A stretch of DNA of 64,000 nt from Sphaerodactylus townsendi (lineage: Eukaryota): positions 150,288,001 through 150,352,000 of the forward strand of contig NC_059426.1 of NCBI RefSeq assembly GCF_021028975.2. Direction: 5' to 3'. Shown here in pieces: positions 41,320 to 53,405 of this stretch (position 1 is the first letter of the stretch; each line of letters starts with the position of its first letter). The notes beneath the pieces were generated by a model, which saw only the letters and a program-made list of their open reading frames with translations, was not told the DNA's origin and ran no database searches. Position numbers and translations under genes: made by a program.

Positions 41320-42180
41320 TTCTTGGTTTGGAAGTTGGTGTTCATCAATATGCTGATAAAACTCAGCTCTACATATCCTGATGGTGTGATCGAGTTCCTG
41401 AACCACTACCTGGTCATGATGGTTAACTCCCAAAAGATGAACAAATTGAAACCAAACCCTGAGCACACAGAAGTTTATGCTGGTTGGGATGGCAGAGACC
41501 TAGACATTGTTCCCCACACTTTTGATGGAGTTCAACTGATCCTTGCTGATTCAGCTAAAAGTCTCAAGGTAATATTGGATCCTGCTTTATTACTAGAGAA
41601 GCAAATTAATGCAACTTCAAAAAGAGTTTTCTTCCAACTCAGCCTAACCCATAAAATAGCTCCTTACCTTAATACAGCTGACCTGGCCATCAGGATCCTT
41701 GCCAAAGAAACATCGTGACTAGGCTACTGTAATGCACTGTACATTGGTCTCCCCCAACTCAGAAACTCCAACTAGTCCAGAATTTTGTGGCTTGACTATT
41801 AGCAGGAGCTAGATAAAGCATGAATACTACTTTCATTCTGCCGATACTCAATTGGCTGCCCATTTGTTACTGATCTCAGTTTAAAGTATTGGCTATCACA
41901 TACAAAGCCCTTCATGACCTTGGTCTCTCTTATTTGCAGTACCACCTCCCTCCCTATGCTCTACCACGATAACCCTGCTCATGTCAGCAGGGGTTTCTAC
42001 AGGCACCAACCAACAAATGGGCAAAATCAAGGACTGCCTGCATATGTGCTTTCTCTCTTGTGGCTTTGATCTTCTGGAATGGCTTGCCCAAGGAGGTCAG
42101 TAAAGCTCCCACCCTCCTGACCTTCTGCAGACTATGCAAAACTGAACTATTCCAGAGGGGTTTTCTGCACAGATAAAAAC
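41320..42180 (+). mobile_element. Old L2 RT C-terminal remnant, probably the same copy as 39120-39870
   Basis: KLKPNPEHTEV, KSLKVILDPALLLEKQI, RLGYCNALYIGLP; same strand and domain order. Confidence 0.85.
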
Positions 42181-44247
42181 CCTGCACAGTACAAAATGGT
42201 TCACAAACTTGGAGAAGTTATTGAGACTGCAGTCTATACTGCTGCATATAGCTTATCATATGTAGGATCCTATGCTATTTAATGTGTCATATCAATACTT
42301 ACGCTATATTTCAGTTCTTTTTGGTGGTCCAAGACTTTTATAATCCAAATGCATTGTTTATTGAATGTGTGTATAATAAAACCCATATCTCTGATAAATG
42401 AAAGCATCACCAGCCACTGAGTCAATTGTAATAGACCAAATTTTCCCCACAAGTATATTTGTGGTGAAAATTGTCTTGTCAAGGGGATGAGTCTTCCTGG
42501 TGGGGAAAATCCTTGTTTTTACCGCTTTGGGCATGGCTCACAGCTGTTCACAGTCATTGTTTTCTTGATTTGCTGCATCTTCAGCCACATATATATTTGA
42601 TCAGGTCTTCCCAGCCAATCTGGTATCATGAAGTGAGTGTGATGACATCACTGATTCCAAATGTAGTTGACTTAGTGAGATCAGAGTTCTGGGGCTGGTG
42701 CAACACTCCATATTGAAGGAAAGAAATAAACACTTTTATTTAACAAGAGAGGAGCAACATATCTTGCTCTGGATCATGACTTTTTTTGCGCTACAGATAT
42801 CATCTTCTACCAGCTCACTGGCACTCTGTTTCTTTGAGTTTCTAGAAAACTTTTTATCTTCTCCCTTTTCAATCCACTTTTAATGATACCCTTGAAATTA
42901 CTAAGAGTGGCAACATTTTGTATTTGATAAAAATGTTAAAAAAGATCACATATATACACATACCAATTTTATAAAATCAACACTCATGTGAATACAGATT
43001 TGGAGGAAACCAGCCATTTACTACCCCTATCATTTCATTTTACTGCCTGCCAGCAAATAGGTTTCCCATAGTTGAAAATGCAGAAGTGAAAATTCACATA
43101 TATTCCACATAGCCCTCTACAGCTCACCATGACAGACCTTCTCTGGTTGCCAGCTTTCCCATTGACAAGTGAAGAAATATGTTCTTATATTTGGAGAATG
43201 GAGCTTAGAATGCAGAAAATTGAATGAAAAGGTGGCATTCAAGATATCAGGTTACTTTCCTTTAAAAAAAACTAAACATTAACATTTGACCCTTCCCTCA
43301 TAAAATATGAATCTCCACTGGAATTTTACAACAGAGATGAGATCGTTTTTCGCAGGTATAAATCATTAAATTATGGGAGAAGATCAAAAATTTAGTATTT
43401 TCCTAACAGACTCCCGGGGGTATTTGAAAACACTCATTTCCACATGTGTCTTGACTGAAGCTATTGATGATGAAGCGAACAACATCTGGTTTTCTGTTTG
43501 TCACTACTGAAGGCAACACTTTATTGGCCAATCTTTCATCCATATGAAGGTTCAATTAATGCTGAATGTACATCTTAAGAGGCCTGCTTAAAGAAAGAAA
43601 GAGAACAAGACTCATCTTTCCTGCTGGCTTATGTACAATACATGGAATTTAATGAATGCAAACACAGTGAAGTCATTTCAGACTACCTTACTTTCAGGTG
43701 ATTTTGCTTAGATTGGCATTATCAAAAGTGTATGCCAAGGTAACATTTGACCTTTTAGCTTTATTGACTTCTTTGCTTGAGATTATTTTTCTTTTAACTA
43801 GCACTTTATTTGCATCCCAGTTCCAGCTGGTCAGTTATTTTTCCAACCCAACATCAAAGACATCTCAGGACCATTTTTAGTCATTCACAAAGGATCTTTC
43901 AGTATGTTTGCCAGCTTGAAGACCACAGTTCCCAAGGTGCTCCATTTGGACTCATCTGGGTGAGTAATTCTTTCAAGCAGCAAACCTCAACTATAACTAG
44001 TTGAAGATAGCTCTATTACCACTAAATTCATGAACTTGTTACAGGACAGAGATCAGGACCTTAAGTTATTATGGAGGGTGAGTTGAAAACACATGAAACA
44101 AAAGTTCCATATGTTGTCCATCTCTGTTCCTCAGTTTCTCCATAGATTTAATTGGTGTTCTCAACTTGCTTGGTGGGAAAAGTTGCAGTGCAGTACATTC
44201 ATCTCACATGTTGTGTTTGATTAAGCAACAGGAGGAAAATCACATCA

Positions 44248-44580
44248 ATCATAGAAACTATAGAAACATAGAGTTGGAATGGTCATGTAGTCCAGCCCCC
44301 TGCCCAATTAAGGAAATTCACAGCTATCTAATGCGGGAAATTCACAGCACACACACACATCCTAGTGGCCCCTGCTCCATGCCCACAAGATGGCAAAAAA
44401 AATTCCAGGATCTTTGGTCAATTTAGCCGGGAGGAAAATTGCTTCCTGACCCCAAAATGGCAATCAACATTACCCTGGGCATGTAAGGAAGGGCAAAGAG
44501 AATCAAGCACTGATGCAACCCTGCCCTGCCCTTCCTCTCCTGATTTGCCATCTAGCCTCTGCTTAAAGACCTCCAAAGAA
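44248..44580 (-). mobile_element. CR1 3' end
   Basis: atcatagaaactatagaaacatagagttggaa tail; PSLEVFKQRLDG on the minus strand. Confidence 0.75.
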
Positions 44581-46029
44581 GGCCTCACAGCCATGGCGAG
44601 CGAATGGCCGCAGCTGTGAGGAGCATTAGGCAGCTGCAATTTAACAAGAGAATTGCAGTCCCCGACTGCCATCTGCAGAGCCATGGAGGGACAAAGGGCT
44701 GTTTCATGGCCCTGGGGGTCAGTTGTGCCTGCCTGTGAAGCTGAGCTTTGGAGGGACACAGGAACCCAAAATAACAGAGTTAAAACGACATTAATGGAGC
44801 ATATAAACAACACAGTTACATAGAATATCAGCTCCGTGGAATATAACATTTAAACTCCACAAAACAGCGTATCATACAAAATAAATAAATTGGCGTCCAG
44901 CTTAAAATCTTATAAAACCCTCCCAAGAAAAAAGGAAAGAGAGCAGGGCCCCCATAGATGTTAAGGGGCCCAAAGGAGAACAGAAGTAATATGTGAAGTA
45001 ATCTACCTGGAATCCAAAGCATGTGGGGAAAGTCTTTTATTCTCTACGTGAGCGTCCAAAAAGTATCCATTTCAGATGCCAGTACTACTTAACAGCCATC
45101 TAATGCATCAAATTATGATAGGATTTGCTACATGCTGGCAGCATATTATGGGTTTTCAGAGAAAATTCCCACAACAACTACAAGCCCATTGGGTATGCAG
45201 CCATTATCATCAGCGTTCAGTCAGCAGACACTGTTTTTAGCTCATGAATACAGTAATGGTTTAAAATATTCTTGAGAACTAAGATTTTTTTTTGCAATGA
45301 AGTTGATGGTGACTATATTAATGTACACTTTAACAGGATTTTATAAATTACTAGGGATACAGGATACTCCATTGCACTTCCAAAGGACAGCCACAGAGAA
45401 AAGAAGAGTTAATTCCTTAACTTGGAGCAGCTGCCTCCATTAGTTGACAAGGTAAGCACATAATTAATGACACAGAAAATTTGGATGCAGACGGTAAGGG
45501 AAAAAGAATCTTTACTAATGACTTTTTGTGGCTGTGGGGGGGGGGGGAAGCTTTGTAACCCCCAATGAAAACCACTGCAGGGCGGAAATGAATTTTCCAC
45601 TGACCTTTAGGTCACCTTGGTTGTCCTCAGGAGGAACTTCAGGTGTTTTTGCTGTTATAGATCAAGACATTTGACAGATGTGGGCATATCAACTCTAGAG
45701 ACTCATTCCATCCTCAGCAGCTGTAGTTCTCTGAGGAAGGGTAAGGATCATGAACAGAAGATTCTCATTCTCAGCTACTGTTCATATAATTCTTTGAAGG
45801 ACGACATGACAGTTGGATGAAACCAACACTGATTTGTTGTATCTGTAAGATTTGAGAGAAAATGCTATGCTTTGTTACACCCTCAGTCCACATTTTTGGC
45901 TGAGGCCTGCTTGTCCCCTCCCCCACCCCATTTGACTGGATAAAGACCAGGCTGGCAGACAAAAGGCAGAGATTAAGGGAAGCATGAACCACACAGGGAT
46001 AAAATAAAGGCTGCTTAACACTGTTGAGG

Positions 46030-46715
46030 GGGAAAGGAGCAAGTCAGGTGGATGGGAATGGGTTGGAGAACTTGATCCAAGGACTAATTGTCAAAGGCAT
46101 TTCATCTGATTGAAGGGAGATGTCCCAGGACTCAGTTCTGGACCAGAACTTTTCAATATTTTTATAAAAGATCTGAATGAGGGTGTGGCAAGACTACTCA
46201 ATAAATGTGCAGATGTCACCAAATTGGGAAGAGTAGCAAACAGCCTGGAAGATAGAGATATAATTAAACAAGATTTGAACACACTGGAAAAGCAGGCAGA
46301 TGTGAACAAGGTGCAGTTCCACAAGGATAAGTGCCAAGTTCTACATCTGGGTAACAAAAATGAGGAACTCCCACACTGCATGGGGGAACAGACATCTGGG
46401 TGGCAATGTGTATGAACAAGATATTGGGGTACAGGTAGACTGCAAGTTAAATATGAGCAGCCAGTGTGATGTAGTGACAAAAAAGGCTAATGTCATCTTG
46501 GAGTGTATCAGCACAGGCATAACATCCAAATTACAAGATGTCATCATTCCATCTCTCCTGGCATATTATATGCAGTTCTGGAGGACTCACTTCAGAGGAG
46601 AGTGGCAAGGATGATCAGGGGCCAGGAGACCAAGCTCTATAAGGAAAGGCTTAGGGACCTGGGAATGCTTAGTTTGGCAAAGAAAAAGTTGAAGGGGGTT
46701 ATGATTGCTCATCTG
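46030..46715 (+). mobile_element. CR1 RT fragment
   Basis: VPGLSSGPELFNIFIKDL...KCADVTKLG...DKCQVLHLG; SSQCDVVTKKAN. Confidence 0.9.
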
Positions 46716-48417
46716 GTAGAGGCTGCCAGAGGGGAGCTGAAAACAGAGGGACAGATGCAGGTAGGTTTGCTGTCAACTGGGAAGGAGAGAAGAAAGCAGG
46801 AAAAGGAGACTAGCTATAGGGGCTTTCAGAGAAGGGGAAGAAGAAATAATGAAAGCAGGAAAATAAGATGTTCCCTTAGAGTCCTTGAGCTTCCCACTTG
46901 TCATCTTCTGATAATCACAACCTTATGTTAATGAGTGGAACCCTGACTTTAGAGACTATAAAAGTCTGATAAACCACAAGAGATACCAATATCTGTGTTT
47001 TCTCTGCAGAAGTTTGATGCTATGTAGATAAATCTTTATGAAATTATTTTGGCGTCAGGGTTTTTTCTTAACTATGGAAAGTTCATGTGTATGTTTTGTA
47101 TCACACCAAAAGCTGACAGCTTTTAAATGACTCATTCACTGTGGATGCTTGGCTTCAGTCTGAATCCACCCAGTGTCATTTTGTACCATTGGAGAATCAT
47201 CAGAATCATTCCTTTCCTGATTGTTTGTCCACACACATAGGAAAGTCTTGGCTAGCCCACCACACAGGGTTGGTGTCAAAACACAGAACAAGACATCCTT
47301 GAAGCAAGAGTGGGACAAAGATCAAATAAGCAATCGCAAAGTCACTACCCTCAGTGAAACAGGAAAACCAAACGTTGCAATTCCATATGAAATAATTGAA
47401 GTATGCACTTTGAGGACAGTCATTGCAGGTATTTTTTAATAATGAATAATTGCACATTTGTAAACAAGATGTTTAAAATCTCAGATTGCTCTTGTGTGAT
47501 CGTAAATCAGAATAGCTCTTAGACCAGACAGATGGCTACAGTAAATGAGCAAAGCTTCAGTGATGTCAATAGGGACACGCCAATTAGCACAAGTTGAAAA
47601 CCTAGTGCTATAGATCTAATATTTCTCTAAAGACTCAGACCACAGGGGCACAATTACTGACTGGAGGAATGGAAGTGAAGCACAAGTCTCAGCAAGACTG
47701 AAAAGTTTGCTAGCGGAGATATTCTTGATTAAACAGCAGAAATGTTAAGAGCCATTGTTGTGGTTACTTACAGTGAAATCCTAAGAGCACATTCCTGGGA
47801 GAAAATTGAGCTGAGCAGGATTCTGAGTAGCAGTGTTCAAAACAGTGTTCAGAACTAGCCAGTCTGGTTCTTCTCCTGTTCACGCGTCACAAACAGGGAG
47901 CTGATATTTCAATGATCTCTGTGATGGGTTTTTTTGTTCTTGGTTTTTAACTGCATTCCTTCCTATCCATGCAGTACAGCCCAGTGACTTGTCGGACATA
48001 CATGTCCTCACCCAATGCAGTTGAGATCTCCTACCACCTGTGTAACTGGTGCACTCAGCAAGATGGCCTTTAAACAAACAATTAATCTGGTCAAAAATAG
48101 TATAAATCAATCACGAACAAGTGCTATGTTTTAATAAAACCCGCCCCTTCAGCCTTAATCGATGTAGTCCCTGGTGACACCAATGGCTGACAATCATCTT
48201 TGTACATGCCACGTTTTGCATAAACTGAATGCAAACCTGTTTGGTAGACATTCATGGCTGTTTGGCAGGAACTGAACAGGCTGAATGATTGGTCATACAA
48301 GACATTTAACTGCTGAACATGTTCCTGGTGAAATCTGTAGCATCCCTAATTCTGAATAGACCATTTTAGGATTGCTCTCTTTGTGTACAAAATAATAACT
48401 ATGCATTGGAGACATAC

Positions 48418-48573
48418 NNNNNNNNNNNNNNNNNNNNNNNNNNNNNNNNNNNNNNNNNNNNNNNNNNNNNNNNNNNNNNNNNNNNNNNNNNNNNNNNNNN
48501 NNNNNNNNNNNNNNNNNNNNNNNNNNNNNNNNNNNNNNNNNNNNNNNNNNNNNNNNNNNNNNNNNNNNNNNNN
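48418..48573. other. Assembly gap
   Basis: N run. Confidence 1.
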
Positions 48574-48809
48574 TCTGTCTGTCCAGGTGAGCCTTGAAGC
48601 CATGTTTCTCACTTTCACAAGACCACATCATGCCTCCCAGCTTTGGAAGAGCCTCCTATCCCTCCAGAATTGAATTTCTCTCTCATTCTAAGCAAGATCC
48701 CCAACAAAGGACTCTTTCCCTTTTATTGTGTGCACAAGGCCCCAGAATTCATTGACGACATGATTTTTCAACTGAAGTTGTCTGTATGTGAATGTGCGTG
48801 CGTCTGTGT

Positions 48810-49020
48810 GCACAACATCAAGTCACAGCTGACATATGGAGACCCAGTAAAGTTTTCAAGGGAAAAGATGTAGAGAGGTGGTTTGTCATTGCCTGCCTCT
48901 ACATGCACTGAGAGAATTCAGAGAGAACTGTGGCTGGCCAAAGGTCCCCCAGTAGGCTTTTATGTGGAGGAGTGGGGAAACGAACCAGGTTCACTCTTAA
49001 CCATTACACCAGGCTGACTC
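48810..49020 (-). mobile_element. tRNA-head SINE with Sauria-type tail; further SINE pieces at 49600-49730 and 49955-50195
   Basis: Reverse complement of the 22008-type SINE. Confidence 0.75.
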
Positions 49021-49245
49021 CCACAACTGAAGTTATGAGAGCCTTATAGTTTTGTTTGTTAGTCCTCAATAACATATCAATTCCCATTCTCCTAAGTAGG
49101 AGAGTTGGGAAAGGTGATTAGAAAAAGCTCCTTTGCAGCCTTTCTCCCACCGGAAAGGCCATGCAATCTGTAGTGCCATCATAAATCAATTGACTTAGAG
49201 AACCTATTCAGCATTTCTCTTCTAGAGGTGTATACACTAGGCCCA

Positions 49246-49391
49246 CCGTGGTGGCGAACCTTTGGCACTCCAGATGTTATGGACTACAATTCCCATCAGC
49301 CCCTGCCAGCATGGCCAATTGGCCATGCTGGCAGGGGCTGATGGGAATTGTAGTCCATAATATCTGGAGTGCCAAAGGTTCACCACCACTG
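49246..49391. mobile_element. Palindromic hAT MITE
   Basis: Near-perfect 146-bp hairpin centred on atggccaattggccat; partial relative at 62565-62645. Confidence 0.88.
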
Positions 49392-51179
49392 CATCATTTC
49401 ACCACCCTATATACTTAGAAAAAAGGAAGAGTCAATATAGAATCCCAGCCTGATTTTAACTCCTGCTTCTCCTGAGCATTGCCTGCTCACAGATAGCTTT
49501 CTTTTCTATGTTCAAAAAATCCCATATTCTGGAGCGGTCTAGTGAAAAGTCTTGGTGGTGGGTGGGTGAAGCTATCTGTGTGTGTGGGGGGGGGGCCTCA
49601 GGAGATTTCTGAGAAAACTATGATTGGCCCAAAATCTCCCAGCAGGCTTCACGTGGGGGAGTGGGGAATTGAACCTGATTCTCTAGAATAAAGAGTCCAC
49701 TGTTCTTAACTGTTACACTATGCTGGCTCTCCAGCTATGATAACCTTTCAGAAATCCCTAGAATTGCAGCCATGTGGAAAGTTCATGTCCCCAATGTTTC
49801 AAATGAATCCCACACTGTATTTACACATCACATGTGATGATCCTTCTGGCAGTCTCACCTAGCCACCTCTCTACCATTTTGTCATGAGCCCAATGAACAT
49901 TGACCTCCCTAGCCTCATCTTCTTCCTCTCTTCCACAGGCAGCAGCTCCTCCAGTCATGAAGAAGAGGAGGAGTTTGGATGTATATCCCACTCTTCTTTC
50001 CTGTAAGGAGACTCAAGGTGGCTTACAAACTCCTTTCTCTTCCTCTCCCCACAACAGATACTAGCCGAAGGTGGGGAAACAAATCTGGCTCACCAGATAA
50101 CCCTCTGCCGCTAATGTGGATGAGTGGGGAATCAAACCCCAGTTCTTCAAAAAAAAACCACCTGCTCTTAACCACCACACCTTGCTGGCTCTCTTTCTGC
50201 TCTCTGGTCACCATTGAGAGCCACATTTTGAAGCTCTGGCTGTCTCCACTTCTTTTTCATTGACACCCAATCCAGGGTGAGTTTCTACCCTGAGAAATGC
50301 CTTGGCCAACCCCTGGCCTAGGAGATTACTGAACCCCATTACTTTCCCTTTGACCCTTTCTCCACCCTTCGAGAATTCCTGCCTCCTTCTTGCACTCAAG
50401 CAGACAAACCAGCAGGAAGAATTGTCCCTACCTTGCAGTGAGCCCCCACCACTGCCTCTGACAAACTCAGCTCCCTGGCTGGGCTGTCCATTGCTGGAGC
50501 CCATTTCTGGAGTGGAGATCCCTGCCCTTGACAAACTGGGCTGCACCCACCAGTCAAGTTTCTCAGCTGATCACACTGCGGAAGGATGCTCACTGCGGAA
50601 GGATGCTCACCAGGTGGCACTGGTAAGGACTGGATGTGTTCAAGAAATGCCTCCGTGAAGCTATCTCCCCATACCACTCCTTGCTGGAATGTAAGGATTC
50701 CATGAAGCATTTTCCTGTGGTTATATTTACAAGCAATTGTCTGCTACATCTCCCTTTAGAAATCAAGGGGAACGGTCTCACTGAGATAGGCATTAGCTGG
50801 GTCATGCCTAGGAACAGAAGCAGAAGACCTCTCTCAAAGGCTGTGCTTTATTTTGAGATCAAAGCTGTATTAATAAGGGATTTCTTGATTAAATTCTCTG
50901 CCCCAGTTATTTTAATGGCCAGCTCATATTTATAGTCAGTGTAGCAAAAATTTCTTCATTCTGACTTCTGCAGATTCATGAAAATTTATGCTTCTGGAGG
51001 CTTTTTCTTTTTTAAAAAAAAACCCTCTATCAATTCTTACTAATAAGTAAGGCACTGTTGCTTAGCTTAGCCCATTGTGATCTTGCTTCTCCATCCGGTG
51101 ATCATAATGACCTAATTCCCGTTGGAGGCAAGCACCGAGAAGACTTCATCTTTCTCTGTTTAAGTTTTGCAGCCATAAT

Positions 51180-52260
51180 ATATTCTTTGCCTTTTTTTTT
51201 CTACAGTGCATCCTTCCTGGCACTCAAATTACGTATAATGGCAATTACTAAAAATACACATCAGCATTCTTAAAATAATCCAACATAACAAAAGCAAAGA
51301 TGGCAATCTTGCGAGGCATTCATATAGCGGCTACCATTTTTCTTCCTCCAATCTATATGTAAATCTTTTTTCTGTATCACAGCAATAATTGTAACATAAT
51401 TATAAACCCTTGCACTATAGTTTTGCTGTTATTTTTGAAATATTATGAATAGCCCCGTAATCAGTAGCAAATAAAGCACACGAGTTGGTAGTTTGCTTTC
51501 CAAACTTATTATGAACTATTTATGATAATACATTTTTAAAATTATGTTTAGTTTTATAGGGACATGGCGTCCTTTAAAAGCCCATTTTTGTCTAAAAATG
51601 CCTCATATGATTGTCTTTGAATGCTAGTATTATAAGTAAAGAAAAGGGGAGGGGGTAAGAGTACAAAACATTACATTTCTGTACTTCCATTTCTTGGATG
51701 TGCTTTCTCTCTTCCTCTTTCTTCTGTTCATTTGCATCATCTGTTCCTCAGCAAACATTTGCATGCAATCAAAATTTGTTTATTGTCCAGTGCCCCATTC
51801 ATGCACACTGCTTCTCTTCTGTAGGGAATATGTGCAGACATATATGTTCATACCGTACAAAACTTTAGGAACACGACAAAGGCATGGAAATTAATCTGGT
51901 TAATCTAATTAATATTTCAAACAACAAATGAAATATTTTATATGCCAACGGAGGAACGGAACACTCCCGATTAAACGCCCATTGTCTTCCATGAAAAATA
52001 GACCTGGGAGGATTTTATATATTTTAAATCACTGTGTGTGAAGTGTCTGGAAATTCAGATCAGTTGTTACAGGGTCAGCCTCTTTGGGGACCAATTATTA
52101 TTTACGATACCAAGTTAAAATGTATATGGTTTGTTTATTTTTTGAAGTTCTTAGTTTAGTTAGGAATAGCAGAAGTACATTTAACTTGCAAATGTAACTG
52201 TCTAAAATAATATTCCACTTAGTCATAGATAGTAACTACATCTGTAGTAATAATGAACAT
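51180..52260. promoter_or_regulatory. Candidate conserved non-coding element or enhancer
   Basis: Repeat-free and AT-rich with retained CpGs; two ATTTGCAT octamers (51730, 51757); TTAATCTGGTTAATCTAATTAAT homeodomain cluster (51891-51913); CATTGT SOX motif near 51980. Confidence 0.4.
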
Positions 52261-52446
52261 CGCATGTGAATATTTGAAAGAAAAAAATGTTGCCCCCCCC
52301 CCCATACACATGCATATGTGTATTCTAAATGGGCTATCATTTCTTTAGTACAGATACAAAGCACTGTTGCTTTGGGAACTGTAGTGTCATACTTGAACAA
52401 GGCAAGCATAACACATTTACACTACAAATGCCCCATCTCTACAGGC

Positions 52447-52610
52447 TATTATTATTATTGATGTTGTTGTTGTTTTTAATGTCACAATTCTTTAGCTGGA
52501 TGTTGGCTTTTCATTACACCTCACCCACAAGCCTAGGAAGTCGTAATGTATTGGCGTAGTATTCGTGTGGATCCCAGCAGGGCTGCCTTCTGAATTTGAC
52601 AGATGTTATT
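52447..52610 (-). mobile_element. R4/Dong-type non-LTR retrotransposon 3' end
   Basis: Minus strand reads NICQIQKAALLGSTRILRQYITTS-stop, then a short UTR and a (CAA)n/(TAA)n tail. Confidence 0.7.
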
Positions 52611-52614
52611 ATTA

Positions 52615-53048
52615 TATTTATTTGTTTGTTTGTTTAATTTATTATACCACCCACCCCTAAACGGCTCTGGGTGGTGTACAGATAAAACACTTAAAAGTCA
52701 TAAAAACAATTAAAACAGAAATAATGTAAAAATAGAGGCAACGCAACAAACAAAATCTAATGTTGGATGGCAACCCATAAAAAGCCACTAACCCCCTGGG
52801 AAAGGACCAGGCTGCATAAATCGTAGCCCACAAAGATGGTATATAGAGGAGTAGCATGGGTGGGTGGGTGGCAATCAGGGGCTGCCCCCCCCAGGTCTGG
52901 TGGAACAACTCCATTTTACAGGCCCTGTGGTACTGTCCAATGTCCCGCAGGGCCCTGACGGCTGGAGGGAGAGTGTTCCACCAGGCAGGGGCCAGGGCTG
53001 TAGAGGCCAGCCACATCATTGAGGGGCAGAGGACCACCAGCAAATTTG
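52615..53048 (-). mobile_element. L2 LINE 3' end
   Basis: LAPAWWNTLPPAVRALRDIGQYHRACKMELF, nearly the same as the 7402-8331 ORF end; 3' UTR and (TAAA/CAAA)n tail. Confidence 0.88.
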
Positions 53049-53120
53049 CAGCAGTGGCGTAGCAGTTATGAGCAGGTGTACTCTAATCTTGATTCCCTGC
53101 TCTACCACTTGAGCTGTGGA
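53049..53120 (+). mobile_element. 5' fragment of a tRNA-derived SINE fused to the truncated gypsy protease
   Basis: gcagtggcgtagcagttatgagcaggtgtactctaatct...ccacttgagctgtgga matches the head of the SINE at 61525-61816. Confidence 0.7.
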
Positions 53121-53405
53121 GAGGGCCCCTCCCAACAAGGTACCATCCATTTGCTCAAACTGGAGCGGCTGCTTCAACTTTATGAGTTTGAATCTCAACA
53201 TTCCCACCATGTCGGGGTGGATTAGACATCTCGAGAAACCGGAATCGATAAGGGTCTCGGTACGAGTTTGGGTTTGGGACCCCAGGGATGATAGGGTGAC
53301 CATGATGACTATGGGATTGGTTGTGAGGGCACTCACCCACTCCCTAGCGCCCATCGGGATGACCTGGCGATTGGCACACTTCAGGCCAGGTCGACGTTGT
53401 TTCCC
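53121..53405 (-). pseudogene. pol: pol N-terminus: retroviral-type aspartic protease, truncated
   Basis: -1 frame reads GKQRRPGLKCANRQVIPMGAREWVS...TETLIDSGFSRCLIHPDMV...QMDGTLLGG; DSG at 53238-53246. Confidence 0.88.
53346..53405 (-). other. -1 programmed ribosomal frameshift element (G GGA AAC plus stem or pseudoknot)
   Basis: Heptamer 53399-53405; 6-nt spacer; perfect 8-bp stem GACCTGGC/GCCAGGTC; loop AGTGTGCCA can pair with downstream TGGGCGCT; -1 frame is open into the protease. Confidence 0.85.

Noticed and set aside
48293-48673. ORFs spanning N runs (also at 62113 and 63102-63630)
   Set aside because: Artefacts of assembly gaps
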